Source of the DNA: Planctomycetota bacterium
Lineage (GTDB): Bacteria; Planctomycetota; GCA-002687715; DRQF01
Length of the DNA: 52,136 bases
NCBI GenBank assembly: GCA_036479435.1
Contig: JAZGFI010000006.1
Location: 1 to 52,136, forward strand
Direction of reading: 5' to 3'
Under the pieces are notes generated by a model that saw only the letters and a list, made by a program, of their open reading frames with translations, ran no database searches and was not told the origin of the DNA. Every line of letters starts with the position of its first letter. The stretch's first letter is position 1. The translations under genes and the position numbers were made by a program. This document shows, in pieces, positions 7,517 to 18,100 of this stretch.

Positions 7517-8995
7517 TCAAGCGTTGACCTTGGTCCGGTAGACGTAATTCTTGGCCTCGTGAGCTTGTCCCTTCACCAGCCGGCCGTAAATCGCTTCGAG
7601 TTCGCGAGCGTTGTCAATGACCGGCTTGATGTAGACCTCGCGCCCTGACAATTTCGAAACTTGCGTGGGGTCTTCGATCAAGGCCAACATCTTCTTGGCC
7701 AGGTCGTCGGCATTTCCAAGTTCAAAGGTCTGGCCATACTCGTTGTCGCGGACGAACTCGAGCATGCCGCCGCGGTCGGAGGCCAAGACCGGAGTCTTCG
7801 TCATGGCGGCTTCGTTCAAAGTCAAAGGAGCGTTTTCGTACCAAGTCGAGGGCACGACCAGGACATCCATTTCGGCCAAGACTTTGCCAACTTGTTTGTT
7901 GTCAAATCGGCCCTTGAAGGTGATGTAGTCGTAACCTTCGGCGGCCTTGCGGATTTTTTTGTCGTAATCCACGGTCCATTGATTCGGGGCACCAAAGATG
8001 TCGATCTTAAAGCCATCAATGCCTTTCAGTTTCTTTGCCGCTTCGACGAGAACGTGGACGCCCTTGGTGGGAATGATCGAACCCATAAAACCAAAACGCA
8101 ACACTTTTGATGCGGCGCGCGAGTGCATGGTGACGTGATCGAACTTCATGCCGTTCGGAGAGTGGACGATGCGGCCCGGAGAGATCCCGAAGATCCGAAT
8201 GAACTCGTCCCGCAAAAATGCCGAGGGCGTGATCAATAAATCCGCATGTCCAAGGGCTTCAATCATCTTTCGCGTTCGCACCGCGAAGGGATTTTTGCTG
8301 AGAACTTCAGGCTCAGGCAAATCGACCTTCGCGCCGATCATACTCCCGAACACCTTGCCGGCGGCGAAGGCCATCGCGCGAGGTTTACGAGCAAAAACGC
8401 CGGGCGTGTAGCGATAGCGGTGGCGGAACAACTGGTCGAAGGTTGGTTTTTTGGAGCCCGGTGCCGGAGTGTCTTTTCCTTTGGCGGCGTTTTCGTCCCA
8501 AGTCCACTCTGCACCGAAACAGCAAGGACCACACTTGGCGAAATCGATGTCATCGCAGAGAGAATTATCGGTGTAGCACATACGCTGACCCATCGGACAC
8601 ATGGTCCAAAAGTCGTGCAGGGTCATGACGATGGCGATCTTGCGTTTTTTGACTTCTTCGAGGCAGGTGTAAGACATGCCCAAGATGTGCTGAAAATGAA
8701 CCAGGTCTGGCTTCACCTCATCCAGATAGCTGGTGAAGATCGCCTCCGCCTTCGGGTCGGTGTAGGTGGCTTCAAAAGGGTTCCACTCCAGATCCGGCTT
8801 GTTCATGAGCCGGACTTTGTACCCGCTTCGGTTTTCGTCCACGATTGTGTAATCGGGCTGGTTTTTGTCGGCGAGACGTGAAAACACGAAAACGTCGTGA
8901 TCGTTGGCCAAAGCCTTCACGATGTTGTAGGTGTAGATGGCTGTTCCCGCGAACTCATAGGGCGGAAACTCATGTGTGACGTGCAGAATGCGCAT
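7517..8995 (-). CDS. Glycosyltransferase family 4 (GT-B)
   Basis: MRILHVTHEFPP start, PDLVHFQH, TLHDFW.MCP, KGVHVL, VPSTWYENAPLTLNEA. Confidence 0.92.
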   Translation of the reverse strand: MRILHVTHEFPPYEFAGTAIYTYNIVKALANDHDVFVFSRLADKNQPDYTIVDENRSGYKVRLMNKPDLEWNPFEATYTDPKAEAIFTSYLDEVKPDLVHFQHILGMSYTCLEEVKKRKIAIVMTLHDFWTMCPMGQRMCYTDNSLCDDIDFAKCGPCCFGAEWTWDENAAKGKDTPAPGSKKPTFDQLFRHRYRYTPGVFARKPRAMAFAAGKVFGSMIGAKVDLPEPEVLSKNPFAVRTRKMIEALGHADLLITPSAFLRDEFIRIFGISPGRIVHSPNGMKFDHVTMHSRAASKVLRFGFMGSIIPTKGVHVLVEAAKKLKGIDGFKIDIFGAPNQWTVDYDKKIRKAAEGYDYITFKGRFDNKQVGKVLAEMDVLVVPSTWYENAPLTLNEAAMTKTPVLASDRGGMLEFVRDNEYGQTFELGNADDLAKKMLALIEDPTQVSKLSGREVYIKPVIDNARELEAIYGRLVKGQAHEAKNYVYRTKVNA

Positions 8996-9235
8996 GCCGT
9001 CGTCCCAAGGTTTTGATGATGTCAGCGTAGCGGCCAGAGTCCGAACGGCGCCGACCGGTCTCTTGGATGCCCCACCATGTCTCGGAATTGCGGCCGGGTC
9101 AACCTTACCCCTTTGAAGCACTTATTCTGAGGCGTCCAACTTGCAGTCTTGTATCATGCCGCAAAGGGCTCTTATTGTTCCTGCGGAAACGAGTTGCGAG
9201 AACCGCCCGCGGACCAAGTTACCGCCGAGATCATC

Positions 9236-11671
9236 ATGCGAATCCTCTTTGTTTTGCATACTTATCCGCCGGACGCCTGGGGCGGCACCGAACTCCACGT
9301 TCAAGCCGTCGCACGGCACATGGCCAGCCAGCACCAAGTTGCCGTGTTTTGCCGCGGGGGCGATCCCCTGGGCAAACAGGATGACGTTCTCAAAAGCCGT
9401 GACGAATTCCGGCCCGCGGGCGCGAATCCCAAAAAGTCCGATCGCTGCCAGTTCATCGAAGTCACGCGCTTCAACAATCTCTTTCGAGACCACGAGTCCT
9501 TCGAGTGGACCTATAAGTATGAAGCGGCTCACCGCGCTTTCGAGGCCGAATTGGAGCGATTTCAACCCGACCTCGTCCACGTCCACCATCTGACCGGCCT
9601 GACGACCACGATTCTTGAGACCATCAAGCAGCGCGCCATCCCCCTGGTTTTTTCGCTGCACGACTTTTGGATGGTCTGCCCCCGGGGCCAACGGCTGCAC
9701 CCCAAAGAAGGGATCTGTGAGACAATCGACCGCAGCCTCTGTCATGAGTGCTTGGGGCGCATCTGGCCGCATTGGTTCCCTAAAGGCGTCCGCAGCCGCA
9801 AGGAAAAGTCCCGCTCCGGCAATGACCTTGCCGACTATGACCGCCATGCGAAAAAGATGCTGGCCCTTCCAGACTTGCTCTTGACGCCTTCTGCCTTTCA
9901 CCGCGAGAAAATGCTCGAAGGCACCGGAATCGACCCGGAGCGGATCATCGCTTTGGCCCACGGCCTCGATCATTTGCCCTTCGAAGCCCAGCCGGATCAC
10001 GACCCCAAACCCCGACCCAAGGTGATCGGCTACATTGGAACCGTCATCAACACCAAGGGCGTCCATGTGCTGCTGGAGGCCTTCAATCGGCTCGATGACC
10101 CCAATCTTGAGCTTCGTATCCATGGCGACACGCCCGCCTTCCACGAAAACGCCGAATATCTAAGCCTCATGCGGGATCGGGTACGAAGCCGCGGCCCGAT
10201 CCGATTCCTCGGCCACTACGACAACCACGAAGTGGCACCTTTACTCGCAGAAGTCGACATTCTGGTAGTGCCCTCCTTGTGGTGGGAGACCTTCTCCCTC
10301 ACGATACGCGAGTCAATCCTCGCTGGCGTGCCCGTCGTCGTGTCGGACATCGGCGCGATGAAAGAAGCCATCGACGACAGCGGCGCGGGACTCCTGTTTA
10401 AGACCGGTGATCCCGAAGACCTCGCTCGAACCCTGAAAGGGCTCATCGAGGATGACGATCTGCGCGCCAGATGTTCAGGGCACCGCGCGAAGGTCAAGAC
10501 GATCCAACAAAATTCTCGAGACTACCTCGCGCTCTACGAAGACGCGAAACGCATCTCCAAGAACCGCAAAGGCCAGCTAAACGTGACATCTTCCTCTTTC
10601 CCTAAGAAAAGCCGCTCTACCGAGTCGAAGGGCCGCTCCCGCCGCCCCTCATCCTCCCGTGACCGTGACGCCACGATCTCACACGATCCTGAGAACGACC
10701 TGAGTTTCAGCATCGAAAAGATCGGCGACGGCGAAGTGCATGTTCAATCCGCCGTCGAACGCGGTGACAGCACGCGGGTGTCCTTCGTTTTTGACTACGA
10801 TTCGTCGGCCGAAGCCAGCGAAGTTCGTCTCACGATCGATTTCAAAAAGACCGGTCCCAAGGTCATCCCGGCCGCGGACGATCTGCCTCCCGTCGGCGAA
10901 GCGCGCCGTGGCGCGACCCTGAGCGCAGACGCGATGGCGAAGTCGCAAGACCCGGATTGGGACGCCGAGATGCGCGAGCGCACCATGTACATGCGCGAAG
11001 GCAACCTCGGATCTCGCGATTCCGGGCGCCTCAAGGACCTCGTCGAAGAATCGACATTGGAAGAGCGTGATCTGCAAGATCCCGAGGAATGTCCCCGCGG
11101 TCGCTCGCGCTCATCCTCGTCCGACCGCGCCCATGATCATGATCGTGATCGCCCTCGTGAACGCAGCCGCAAGAGCCGGGACGACCGACCGAGTCGCAGC
11201 CATGACCGAGATCAAAGCCGCGACGACGATCGTGAAGATGCCCCTCGGGGGCGGAGTCGCGGACCTAGTCGCGAGCGAGGCCCTTCGTCCGAAGAACGTG
11301 AAGAGCGCCCGCGCCGGCCGCGCTCGGCCGACGACCGACCGGCATCGGTCGGGCGGAGTCAAAAATCGGAGAGGCCGGAATCAACCGGTCGGAGTCAAAG
11401 AACAGAACGACCAAAGTCGGACGATCGCGGCCAAAAGTCAGATCGACCGAGGCGCTCACGGAGCGACGAGAAACCCGCACCCAGAGCCAGAAAGGCGCCG
11501 AAGGGGGCCGAGGACTTGGTTTGGGGAAAGACCGAAGACGGCGATTGGAAGTTGCCCGAAACTTCGGTCAACCTTCCAAAAAAAGAAGATCTCCGCGCCC
11601 CGAACTACCGCGTCGGCAAACAGCCCGGCCACGGCGGGGCGCGCGGCGGCGGATTTGGCGAAGGGGTCTAA
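9236..11671 (+). CDS. Glycosyltransferase family 4 with a long, largely disordered charged C-terminal extension
   Basis: MRILFVLHTYPP, HDFWMVCP, KGVHVL, VPSLWWETFSLTIRE, followed by about 360 aa rich in R/D/S/E. Confidence 0.88.
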   Translation: MRILFVLHTYPPDAWGGTELHVQAVARHMASQHQVAVFCRGGDPLGKQDDVLKSRDEFRPAGANPKKSDRCQFIEVTRFNNLFRDHESFEWTYKYEAAHRAFEAELERFQPDLVHVHHLTGLTTTILETIKQRAIPLVFSLHDFWMVCPRGQRLHPKEGICETIDRSLCHECLGRIWPHWFPKGVRSRKEKSRSGNDLADYDRHAKKMLALPDLLLTPSAFHREKMLEGTGIDPERIIALAHGLDHLPFEAQPDHDPKPRPKVIGYIGTVINTKGVHVLLEAFNRLDDPNLELRIHGDTPAFHENAEYLSLMRDRVRSRGPIRFLGHYDNHEVAPLLAEVDILVVPSLWWETFSLTIRESILAGVPVVVSDIGAMKEAIDDSGAGLLFKTGDPEDLARTLKGLIEDDDLRARCSGHRAKVKTIQQNSRDYLALYEDAKRISKNRKGQLNVTSSSFPKKSRSTESKGRSRRPSSSRDRDATISHDPENDLSFSIEKIGDGEVHVQSAVERGDSTRVSFVFDYDSSAEASEVRLTIDFKKTGPKVIPAADDLPPVGEARRGATLSADAMAKSQDPDWDAEMRERTMYMREGNLGSRDSGRLKDLVEESTLEERDLQDPEECPRGRSRSSSSDRAHDHDRDRPRERSRKSRDDRPSRSHDRDQSRDDDREDAPRGRSRGPSRERGPSSEEREERPRRPRSADDRPASVGRSQKSERPESTGRSQRTERPKSDDRGQKSDRPRRSRSDEKPAPRARKAPKGAEDLVWGKTEDGDWKLPETSVNLPKKEDLRAPNYRVGKQPGHGGARGGGFGEGV
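11345..11452 (+). repeat. Three degenerate 36-bp (12-aa) coding repeats S..R(S/G)Q(K/R).(E/D)RP.
   Basis: SVGRSQKSERPE / STGRSQRTERPK / SDDRGQKSDRPR. Confidence 0.7.
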
Positions 11672-11674
11672 TCC

Positions 11675-12652
11675 TTGCCGGAAGAGCGGGCTCCCTACGT
11701 TTCGGTTTTTGTCCCCACTTACAATGGGGGGCCGCTCTTCGACCGCGTGCTGGAAGGTATTTTCAGCCAGAGAACCGATTTCGAATTCGAAGTCATCGCC
11801 ATTGACTCCGGGTCCAAAGACGAAACCCTGGAGACCTTGGGCCGCTATCCGGTGCGGGTCACCAAGATCCCCAACGCCGAGTTCAACCACGGCCTCACGC
11901 GCAACCACGGCGCCAAACTCGCCCGTGGCGAGATCTTGATCTTCACCGTCCAAGACGCCGTGCCCCACGGCGTCGATTGGATGCAAACTTTCGTCTCAAG
12001 CTTCGAAGACCCGCAAGTTGCGGGTGCCTACTGCCACCAAATCCCCCACGCCAATTGCGGCCCATTCCTGCGGCACCGCCTCAAGGACTGGGTGCGTGGC
12101 GAGGGCGCCGTCGAAGTCAAGCAGGTGCCATCGCCGATGGACTTTTGGCTCCTGCCCAGTCTTCAACGCTGGCGCACCATCGCCTTCGACAATGTCTGCA
12201 GTGCGGTGCGCACCAAGCTCATCCCCGAGCTCCCCTTCGTGCGTCGCCAGTTCGGCGAGGACATCACCTGGGCGAAGTCCGCCATTCTCGCGGGCCACAA
12301 AGTCGTCATGGACCCCCGCTGCGCCGTCGAGCACTCGCACAACAACTCGATTTGGTACGAGTTTCGCCGCGCCTACCTCGACCACCAAAACATCCACAAC
12401 CTCACCGGCCTTCAGCTTGCGCCGAATCTCCATCGGGTGATGGAGTACACCGGCGACTTGGCGTCGAACCTCTATCGTGCGCTTTGGGAAGACCGCGAAC
12501 TCAACACGGCCACGAAGCTGTGGTGGACGGCCAAGATCCCCGCCTTCGCATTCTCGCAAAACCTCTCGCAGATGCTCGGCCCGATGTCCGACCGCGCCAA
12601 AAAGCGCGGCTTTTGGTCGGCCTACGACCGCATCATGCGCCGCCGCATCTAA
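11675..12652 (+). CDS. Glycosyltransferase family 2 (rhamnosyltransferase-like)
   Basis: VSVFVPTYNG, IDSGSKD, FNHGLTRN, VQDAVP, FDNVCS, GED, HSHN motifs. Confidence 0.9.
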   Translation: MPEERAPYVSVFVPTYNGGPLFDRVLEGIFSQRTDFEFEVIAIDSGSKDETLETLGRYPVRVTKIPNAEFNHGLTRNHGAKLARGEILIFTVQDAVPHGVDWMQTFVSSFEDPQVAGAYCHQIPHANCGPFLRHRLKDWVRGEGAVEVKQVPSPMDFWLLPSLQRWRTIAFDNVCSAVRTKLIPELPFVRRQFGEDITWAKSAILAGHKVVMDPRCAVEHSHNNSIWYEFRRAYLDHQNIHNLTGLQLAPNLHRVMEYTGDLASNLYRALWEDRELNTATKLWWTAKIPAFAFSQNLSQMLGPMSDRAKKRGFWSAYDRIMRRRI

Positions 12653-12679
12653 CCACCTGAGTTTTCAAACTTTCCTCAT

Positions 12680-13009
12680 TTGGCGCAAAGACCGATTCAG
12701 GCCAGAGTGGAAGTCATCTCCGGAGATCAAGATTCCGTCCAACTCGACTACGAACCCCTGCGCCCCTGGGTGCTGTTCCTCAGTTTTGATCTGGGCTGGT
12801 TCCGCCTCAAGACTTCCTTCATCGAGGTGGCGGGAACCGGTGGCCTTCTCTCCGCCGGTCAACTCGTGGCCCAAGGTACTTTCGACGCCTTAAAGCACAC
12901 CACCTTGACGTTCGACTATCCCTTAGATTCCTTCTTCCACAATCTCAACGCCAGCTTGCAAAACCTAGGCGTGATCCCGGCATCGGCATCTAGCGATTCT
13001 CAAAAGTAG
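12680..13009 (+). CDS. Hypothetical protein (109 aa), possibly a fragment
   Basis: Coding-like codon usage downstream of the GT2 gene; TTG start without a clear RBS. Confidence 0.45.
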   Translation: MAQRPIQARVEVISGDQDSVQLDYEPLRPWVLFLSFDLGWFRLKTSFIEVAGTGGLLSAGQLVAQGTFDALKHTTLTFDYPLDSFFHNLNASLQNLGVIPASASSDSQK

Positions 13010-13125
13010 CGCGCACCCCTTGCTGCCCTAGAAAAACCAAGATCTCATGCGCCCGTCTCGCCTCCGGCCCATGCTAAATACAAGCTCGCCCCAAAAAGGC
13101 GACCTTCGTTCCGGGTGTTAGGGAA

Positions 13126-14376
13126 CTATCGTTGGGATTTTTCGGGAGCCGTTGGTACCTGATGCCTTCTAAACTCGGGAATCCGGGGCGGGTGATCTCG
13201 GTCAAAATTGCGGAGCCAAGCGAACTCGGCCGTTTGCTTTTTGATTCGCCACCAAGCTTGCACCTTGCTGAGGATTTCGGGGTCCTTTGGGCCGAAGCCG
13301 AGCTTGCGAACCCTGGACAAAGTGCAGGCAGCCTTGACCAAAAGCGAGAGTGGAAGTGTGAGTTGCGGGGTTTGAACCTTTCCCAAGCTGACACTCTTCT
13401 TCGGCACCTTCAGACGGCCAAGGTGAACAGCGTTTCGATTGGCTAATTGGTGGATGACTCGCAGGTGGTCGACAGCTCTGGCGTCAAAAGGCCGGTCGTC
13501 GACAATGAACTCGCCGAGGGCGTAGACCGCGGCCGTCCTCATCCTCGCGCCGATATAGTCGCTGGCACCTTTGCGGGGGGCGACGAGGGTGAGTTCAACC
13601 ACGGTGTTCCAGTCTGAAGAGCCCTTGCCATTGAGAAATCGGGCCGTCATGAGGCGGAGGTCGTGGATGCAAAGGTGTTGGCAATGAAGGTCTTCATGGA
13701 TCTTCTTTTTTAGGGCTCTCAGCGCCAAGCGCGAAACGGGGTTCGCGGCCGCTTTCAATTTGTGAAACTTGGCGTGCCGCTCGAGCATTACATCGAGTTT
13801 GCGGGCAGCATGGCTGAAAACCTCGGAGCTTTCTGCAACTTCAATGCACATGCAACCCGAGGAACCAAAAACCTGCTGGCCATCAGGGTCCATCAACAAG
13901 AAAAAGGCGTAGATCTGTTTGGTCCAAGGATCTCGATAATAATCGGCCTCCCAAGCCTTCAGAGCGGGAAGGCCCTGAGGGAATCCTGAATCCGTAGCGT
14001 TGATGAGAACTGGTACCGTTCTCTGGTTGATTGTCTCGGGAACCCCGGGCCGCTCTAGCATATTGATACGCATGGCGTGCTGGCCAGCTCAGACAAATGG
14101 GCTGTCAGAGTCCCCCATGAAGCGGACGTCAAAAACCAAGAGTACTGGTCGTCCCAGCTCCTCTGCCCGCTTGCGAGCGGCGTCAAGGTTCTTCGCCCAA
14201 CGTACCTTGCCCTTATAGTCCATCGACCGGGCGTGGGTCGACCGCTTCAATGATCTTGGGCCCTCAGCAGGCTTGGCCTCCGTGGCCCGCCGCTCTTGGC
14301 CCAGGGCACTGGACGCAAGACCGAGCATCGTCAGCCCCAAGAGCAGCATTCGAAACGGTGCGGTAGTGAGCTGCAT
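13126..14376 (-). CDS. Putative secreted thioredoxin-fold selenoprotein (SelN-like active-site segment), UGA at 14089-14091 read as Sec96; 416 aa
   Basis: ORFs 14089..14496 and 13126..14073 share a frame and are joined by TGA plus 5 codons. Signal peptide, then W..NLDAARKRA...GRPVLLVF...U...MR...L...V...IN...VPV and LLMDPDG thioredoxin-like elements span the TGA. Confidence 0.75.
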
Positions 14377-14406
14377 GGACGTTTCCCCGCAGGAATGAAA
14401 ATTTGG

Positions 14407-14494
14407 GTCACAGATCTTCGTTAATTTCCGATTCGACGATACTACCATGGCCTCGCGTGAACGCCGCCATCCCGGAAGTATTTCGATCTGTGAC
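14407..14494 (-). ncRNA. Candidate structured leader RNA closed by a perfect 10-bp stem
   Basis: GTCACAGATC/GATCTGTGAC arms with nested TTCCGG/TCGGAA, ATGGC/GCCAT and GCG/CGC stems; ends 30 nt before ATG 14376. Confidence 0.35.
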
Positions 14495-14580
14495 ATAGAT
14501 TACTTGCACCCTTCGGATATCGAAGACTCACCACGACTTCAGCGGCGGTGACATCGAGTTGACAGACTTTGCAGCTCCGG

Positions 14581-15108
14581 CATGCCTACATCGAGATGAC
14601 GCCTTTTTACCTCGTTAAGTAGGAGATCGACAAGAAGACGGGCTACTTGCGGGTCGATCGACCGCAGCGAAGTTCTTCGATGCCGCCCTCCCTTTATGGA
14701 TTTATTCCGCGTACTTACTGCGGGCCGCGGGTGCAGGAGCTCAGCCCGACGTCGCGGGCGGGCGATGGCGATCCCTTGGACATTTGCGTGTTGTGCGAGC
14801 GCCCGATCAACCGCGGTGAGGTGATTTTGGACGCCCGCGTTATCGGCGGGCTACAGATGGTCGACGGTGGCGAAGCTGACGACAAGATCATCGCGGTGTT
14901 TGCGAAGGATCGCATCTGGGGCGACGCGCATGATTTGAGTGATCTGCCGGAGGCCTTGCCGGAGCGACTGCGCCACTATTTTCTGACCTACAAACTGGTT
15001 CCGGGGGATTCTCCCGACGTCTCGATTGAAAGCGTCTACGGCGCCGAGCACGCACGCCGCGTGGTCGAGGCTTCGGTGGCTGACTATCAAGACCAATTTG
15101 GCGACTAG
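14581..15108 (+). pseudogene. ppa: Family I inorganic pyrophosphatase pseudogene (5'-truncated, internal TAG)
   Basis: [26 protein letters not shown]...YGFIPRT...GDGDPLDI...[13 protein letters not shown] 14620-14622 replaces the Tyr of KYE; N-terminus absent (in-frame TGA at 14560). Confidence 0.85.
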
Positions 15109-15128
15109 GCTTCCCGGATGACGCGGCG

Positions 15129-18100
15129 CTAGTTTCCAATTGGCAAGCCTGGGGACTCGGCGAAGAGTTTTTGCATGAAGACGCCTTCTTCTTTGAAGGC
15201 TGTGTCCTGCGGGAAACGAATCACCGCGAGAGCTGCGGCTTCTAGCCCCCGCTGAGGGGCGTCGCCATCGACGGCCTCCCAGGCGACGGCGAAGTAGCTC
15301 GGTTTGTGGTGCAAGACCTCGTCGAAAAGTCCGAGCGCCGTTTGCCAACTTTTCGCCGTCATGAAGCGGGCGGCTTGTCCCATGGACGTGGCCACGGAGT
15401 CGCGCCGGCGTTTGTCATCTTGCTCGGCAACCCATTCAAGATGCGAGCGGATCGCCTTCGCGTCCCCGGCGACCAAGGCCAAGAGAAACTCGACTTGGCG
15501 GCGGGTCTCATCTTGTTGTTGAAGCTGTTGGGCGTTGGGATGACCTTGATCGAGGGTGCGCTTGAACTCTTTGCTTAATCGTGCCGCCAGTTGCTGGTCG
15601 AAGGTCGCATGTCCTTCGTCAAAAAGGCGCGTCAAACGCCCAGCCCAGTAGTAAGGAGACGCTTTCGTCCAGGCGAGGCTTTGTACGAGGCCGGCGGTCC
15701 CAGCCCGCGCCGTGGTGACGCGGCTCGCCGGTGGCTTCCCAGTTTTTTCCAACATGGCTTCAAACAGGGGTCTGCCAAAGGCGGCTTCGTAGTAGTCACC
15801 GACGATTGAGTCCACCAAAGCTGGAGTGTCCTTAGTGTCGGGATCGCTAAAGGCAATATCAGAGATCCAGGTCTCGGCGTGGGCCATGGCTAAGCGCATG
15901 TTTTCATCGGCGAATGCAGCGTCGCGATCAAGCCTCAGAGTCTCAGCCACGAGACTGACGAAACTGCGCACGAAGTTCCGCATCTCAGCAAGCCCTGGAT
16001 CTTCCTCAAAGCGCTTCGGATTATCTTTCAGCGTCCCCAGCATGAATTGGAGTTGGGGTCCGGCAAACCGGACCAAGTGCTCACCGACGAACTTTCGACC
16101 GGCAACCGCGTCCTTGCCCGTCATGATCGCCAGCGCCGCGAAGTTAAGCGAGCTAGAAACAACGGCTGGATTCCGGCGACGAAGGAGCGCGTTGATCTTT
16201 TCATCAACAATCTTCAGCTCGCGTTCGATGGCTTTTCTGTCGCCTAATTCGTAGAGGTCGCCGAGCAACCTCAGCCGAGTTTGAAGGGCTGGGTCCTCGC
16301 CGAACGCCATGGCTTTTCGTAGATAGCCTACGGCTTGACCGTGCTGCCCGGTGCGCTCGGACAAGCCCGATAACTCCAAGTAATTCGCGGGGTCGTCGTC
16401 ACCTGAGGCGACGAGATTTTTCATCTTGTCGAAGCCCCGCGCGTAGGTGTGGTAGTGCCAATCGCGCTGAACATCGATCATCGTGGTCGCGTAGTCGGCA
16501 TGGAGAAAAATCCGCCAGCCCAGAGCCCACATCGATCTTGTATTCTCGCCCGAAAAGCGAATGGCGACGGGCAGCGCGTCTGGGTCAACGCTCTCCAAAG
16601 AGCCGAAGTGTCGGTAGGCAGCGGCCAGGGCCTCCGGGAGTTTGTCGGCCTTGAACTCTAGCGGGGGGCCGGTGTGAAGCACGTAGACGCGCCAGCCTTC
16701 TTTTGCATCCTGCGCCGCAAAAGCCAGCGCGTTGTGGCGCGGGACATTCATGATGTGCGCGAGCCTTCCCTGACGCTGCGCCAGGGCCTGATAGAGCTCG
16801 GCAATGTCGTCACAGTCACCGCGACACACGCCACCTGCAGCCGTCGCGAGGGTTTGTTCGACAGATTGATGAATCTCCCCCATCGCGCCTTCGTATCCGA
16901 TGAGACCGGGGTGGCGCGTGTCGGGGCTGTCGTTCACATAAGAGAACAGGTACTCCCCCACGAGGTCGAGGTGTGCTGCGTCGGGTAGGGCCTTGGCGGC
17001 TTGATCTAGGAACTCACTGGGCCGGCCAACCTGTGGTGGCAAGACCAGGCCATGCACCGTCGCCAGCATGCGAACACCTCCGGTCCAGCTCGGCACCACC
17101 AGATGCGGCGGCAAGTAGCCCGCCAAAACCTGGGGTCGACGTCGGTCCTTAGCCGGAAAGTGAGCCCGCCAGGTATTCTCTTCAACCAACAGCCCTTCTT
17201 GATGATTCCAACGCACCAGCTCGGCGTCCTCGACATAGGCCACGGCCTCGAGGATTTTGGCGCTGGCGGGATCGGCCCCGGCCGCAATCTTGACAATGAC
17301 TTTGACGCTGGGAGCGTTACGGGCGTAATCCGGCTCCGGCGCATCCGCCGCCCAGGTCGTCATCTCAGGCTGGCGATAGACCCAAAGGCGGCGGCCAAAG
17401 GTGTCCTTTAGCAGTTGGTATTCTCGGCCTTCTCCGCGAAAAGTCGCCAGGGCTCGAGGGCGTAGCGAGGCTGCAACCGCTGCCTCGACGGCTTTCACTT
17501 CTTGAGCCTCGCCGAGATAGTTGCGCAGCCAACCGTTTTCCACCACGCGACGCGCAAGCGCCGGGGTGACGTGATCGTCGTCATCGCTGGTGGCGTGCCG
17601 CGGCAGGCGGCTAATGAGGTGCTTCACGGCTTTGCGCGCCAAGGGACTTCCCCATGACTCAACCATAGCTTTGAGTTTCGCCACCGCTGCCTTTAGCTCG
17701 GCATCGACATCGGCGCGATCACTTGCGGCCTCGGCCTTGAGGACGGCATCCTTCACGATGAGGTGATCAGAGGTGATGAGATGGGGCCCGGCCAAAAGGC
17801 TCCAGCCCAAACGGATCCCGGCCAAGCCGACCTCGGCCTTTTGGGCGCGAGCCAACAGATCCGAGACATGATCCAGAGCGGCAAAGTGGTCGCGTTCGAT
17901 CACCTTGAGATCGACAAAAATCTCAGAGTCTCCCACCCGGATGGAAGGCCGCAGATCGCCATCGACACCCGTGACGCGGAATTTTTGGTCCTGGGCACTC
18001 TTCAAAAAGAGCGCGTCACCGTCGCGCACGAAGGCCGGTGATTTCGGCAGCACTTCGAGCAGAGTGTCCGCGTCCCCGGCTTGGGCCCGAAGGCCTCCTG

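Noticed and set aside
14620..14622. TAG read-through (pyrrolysine or recoding) in ppa
   Set aside because: It replaces a conserved Tyr by a single base change, the gene is also 5'-truncated, and TAG is a normal stop throughout the window.
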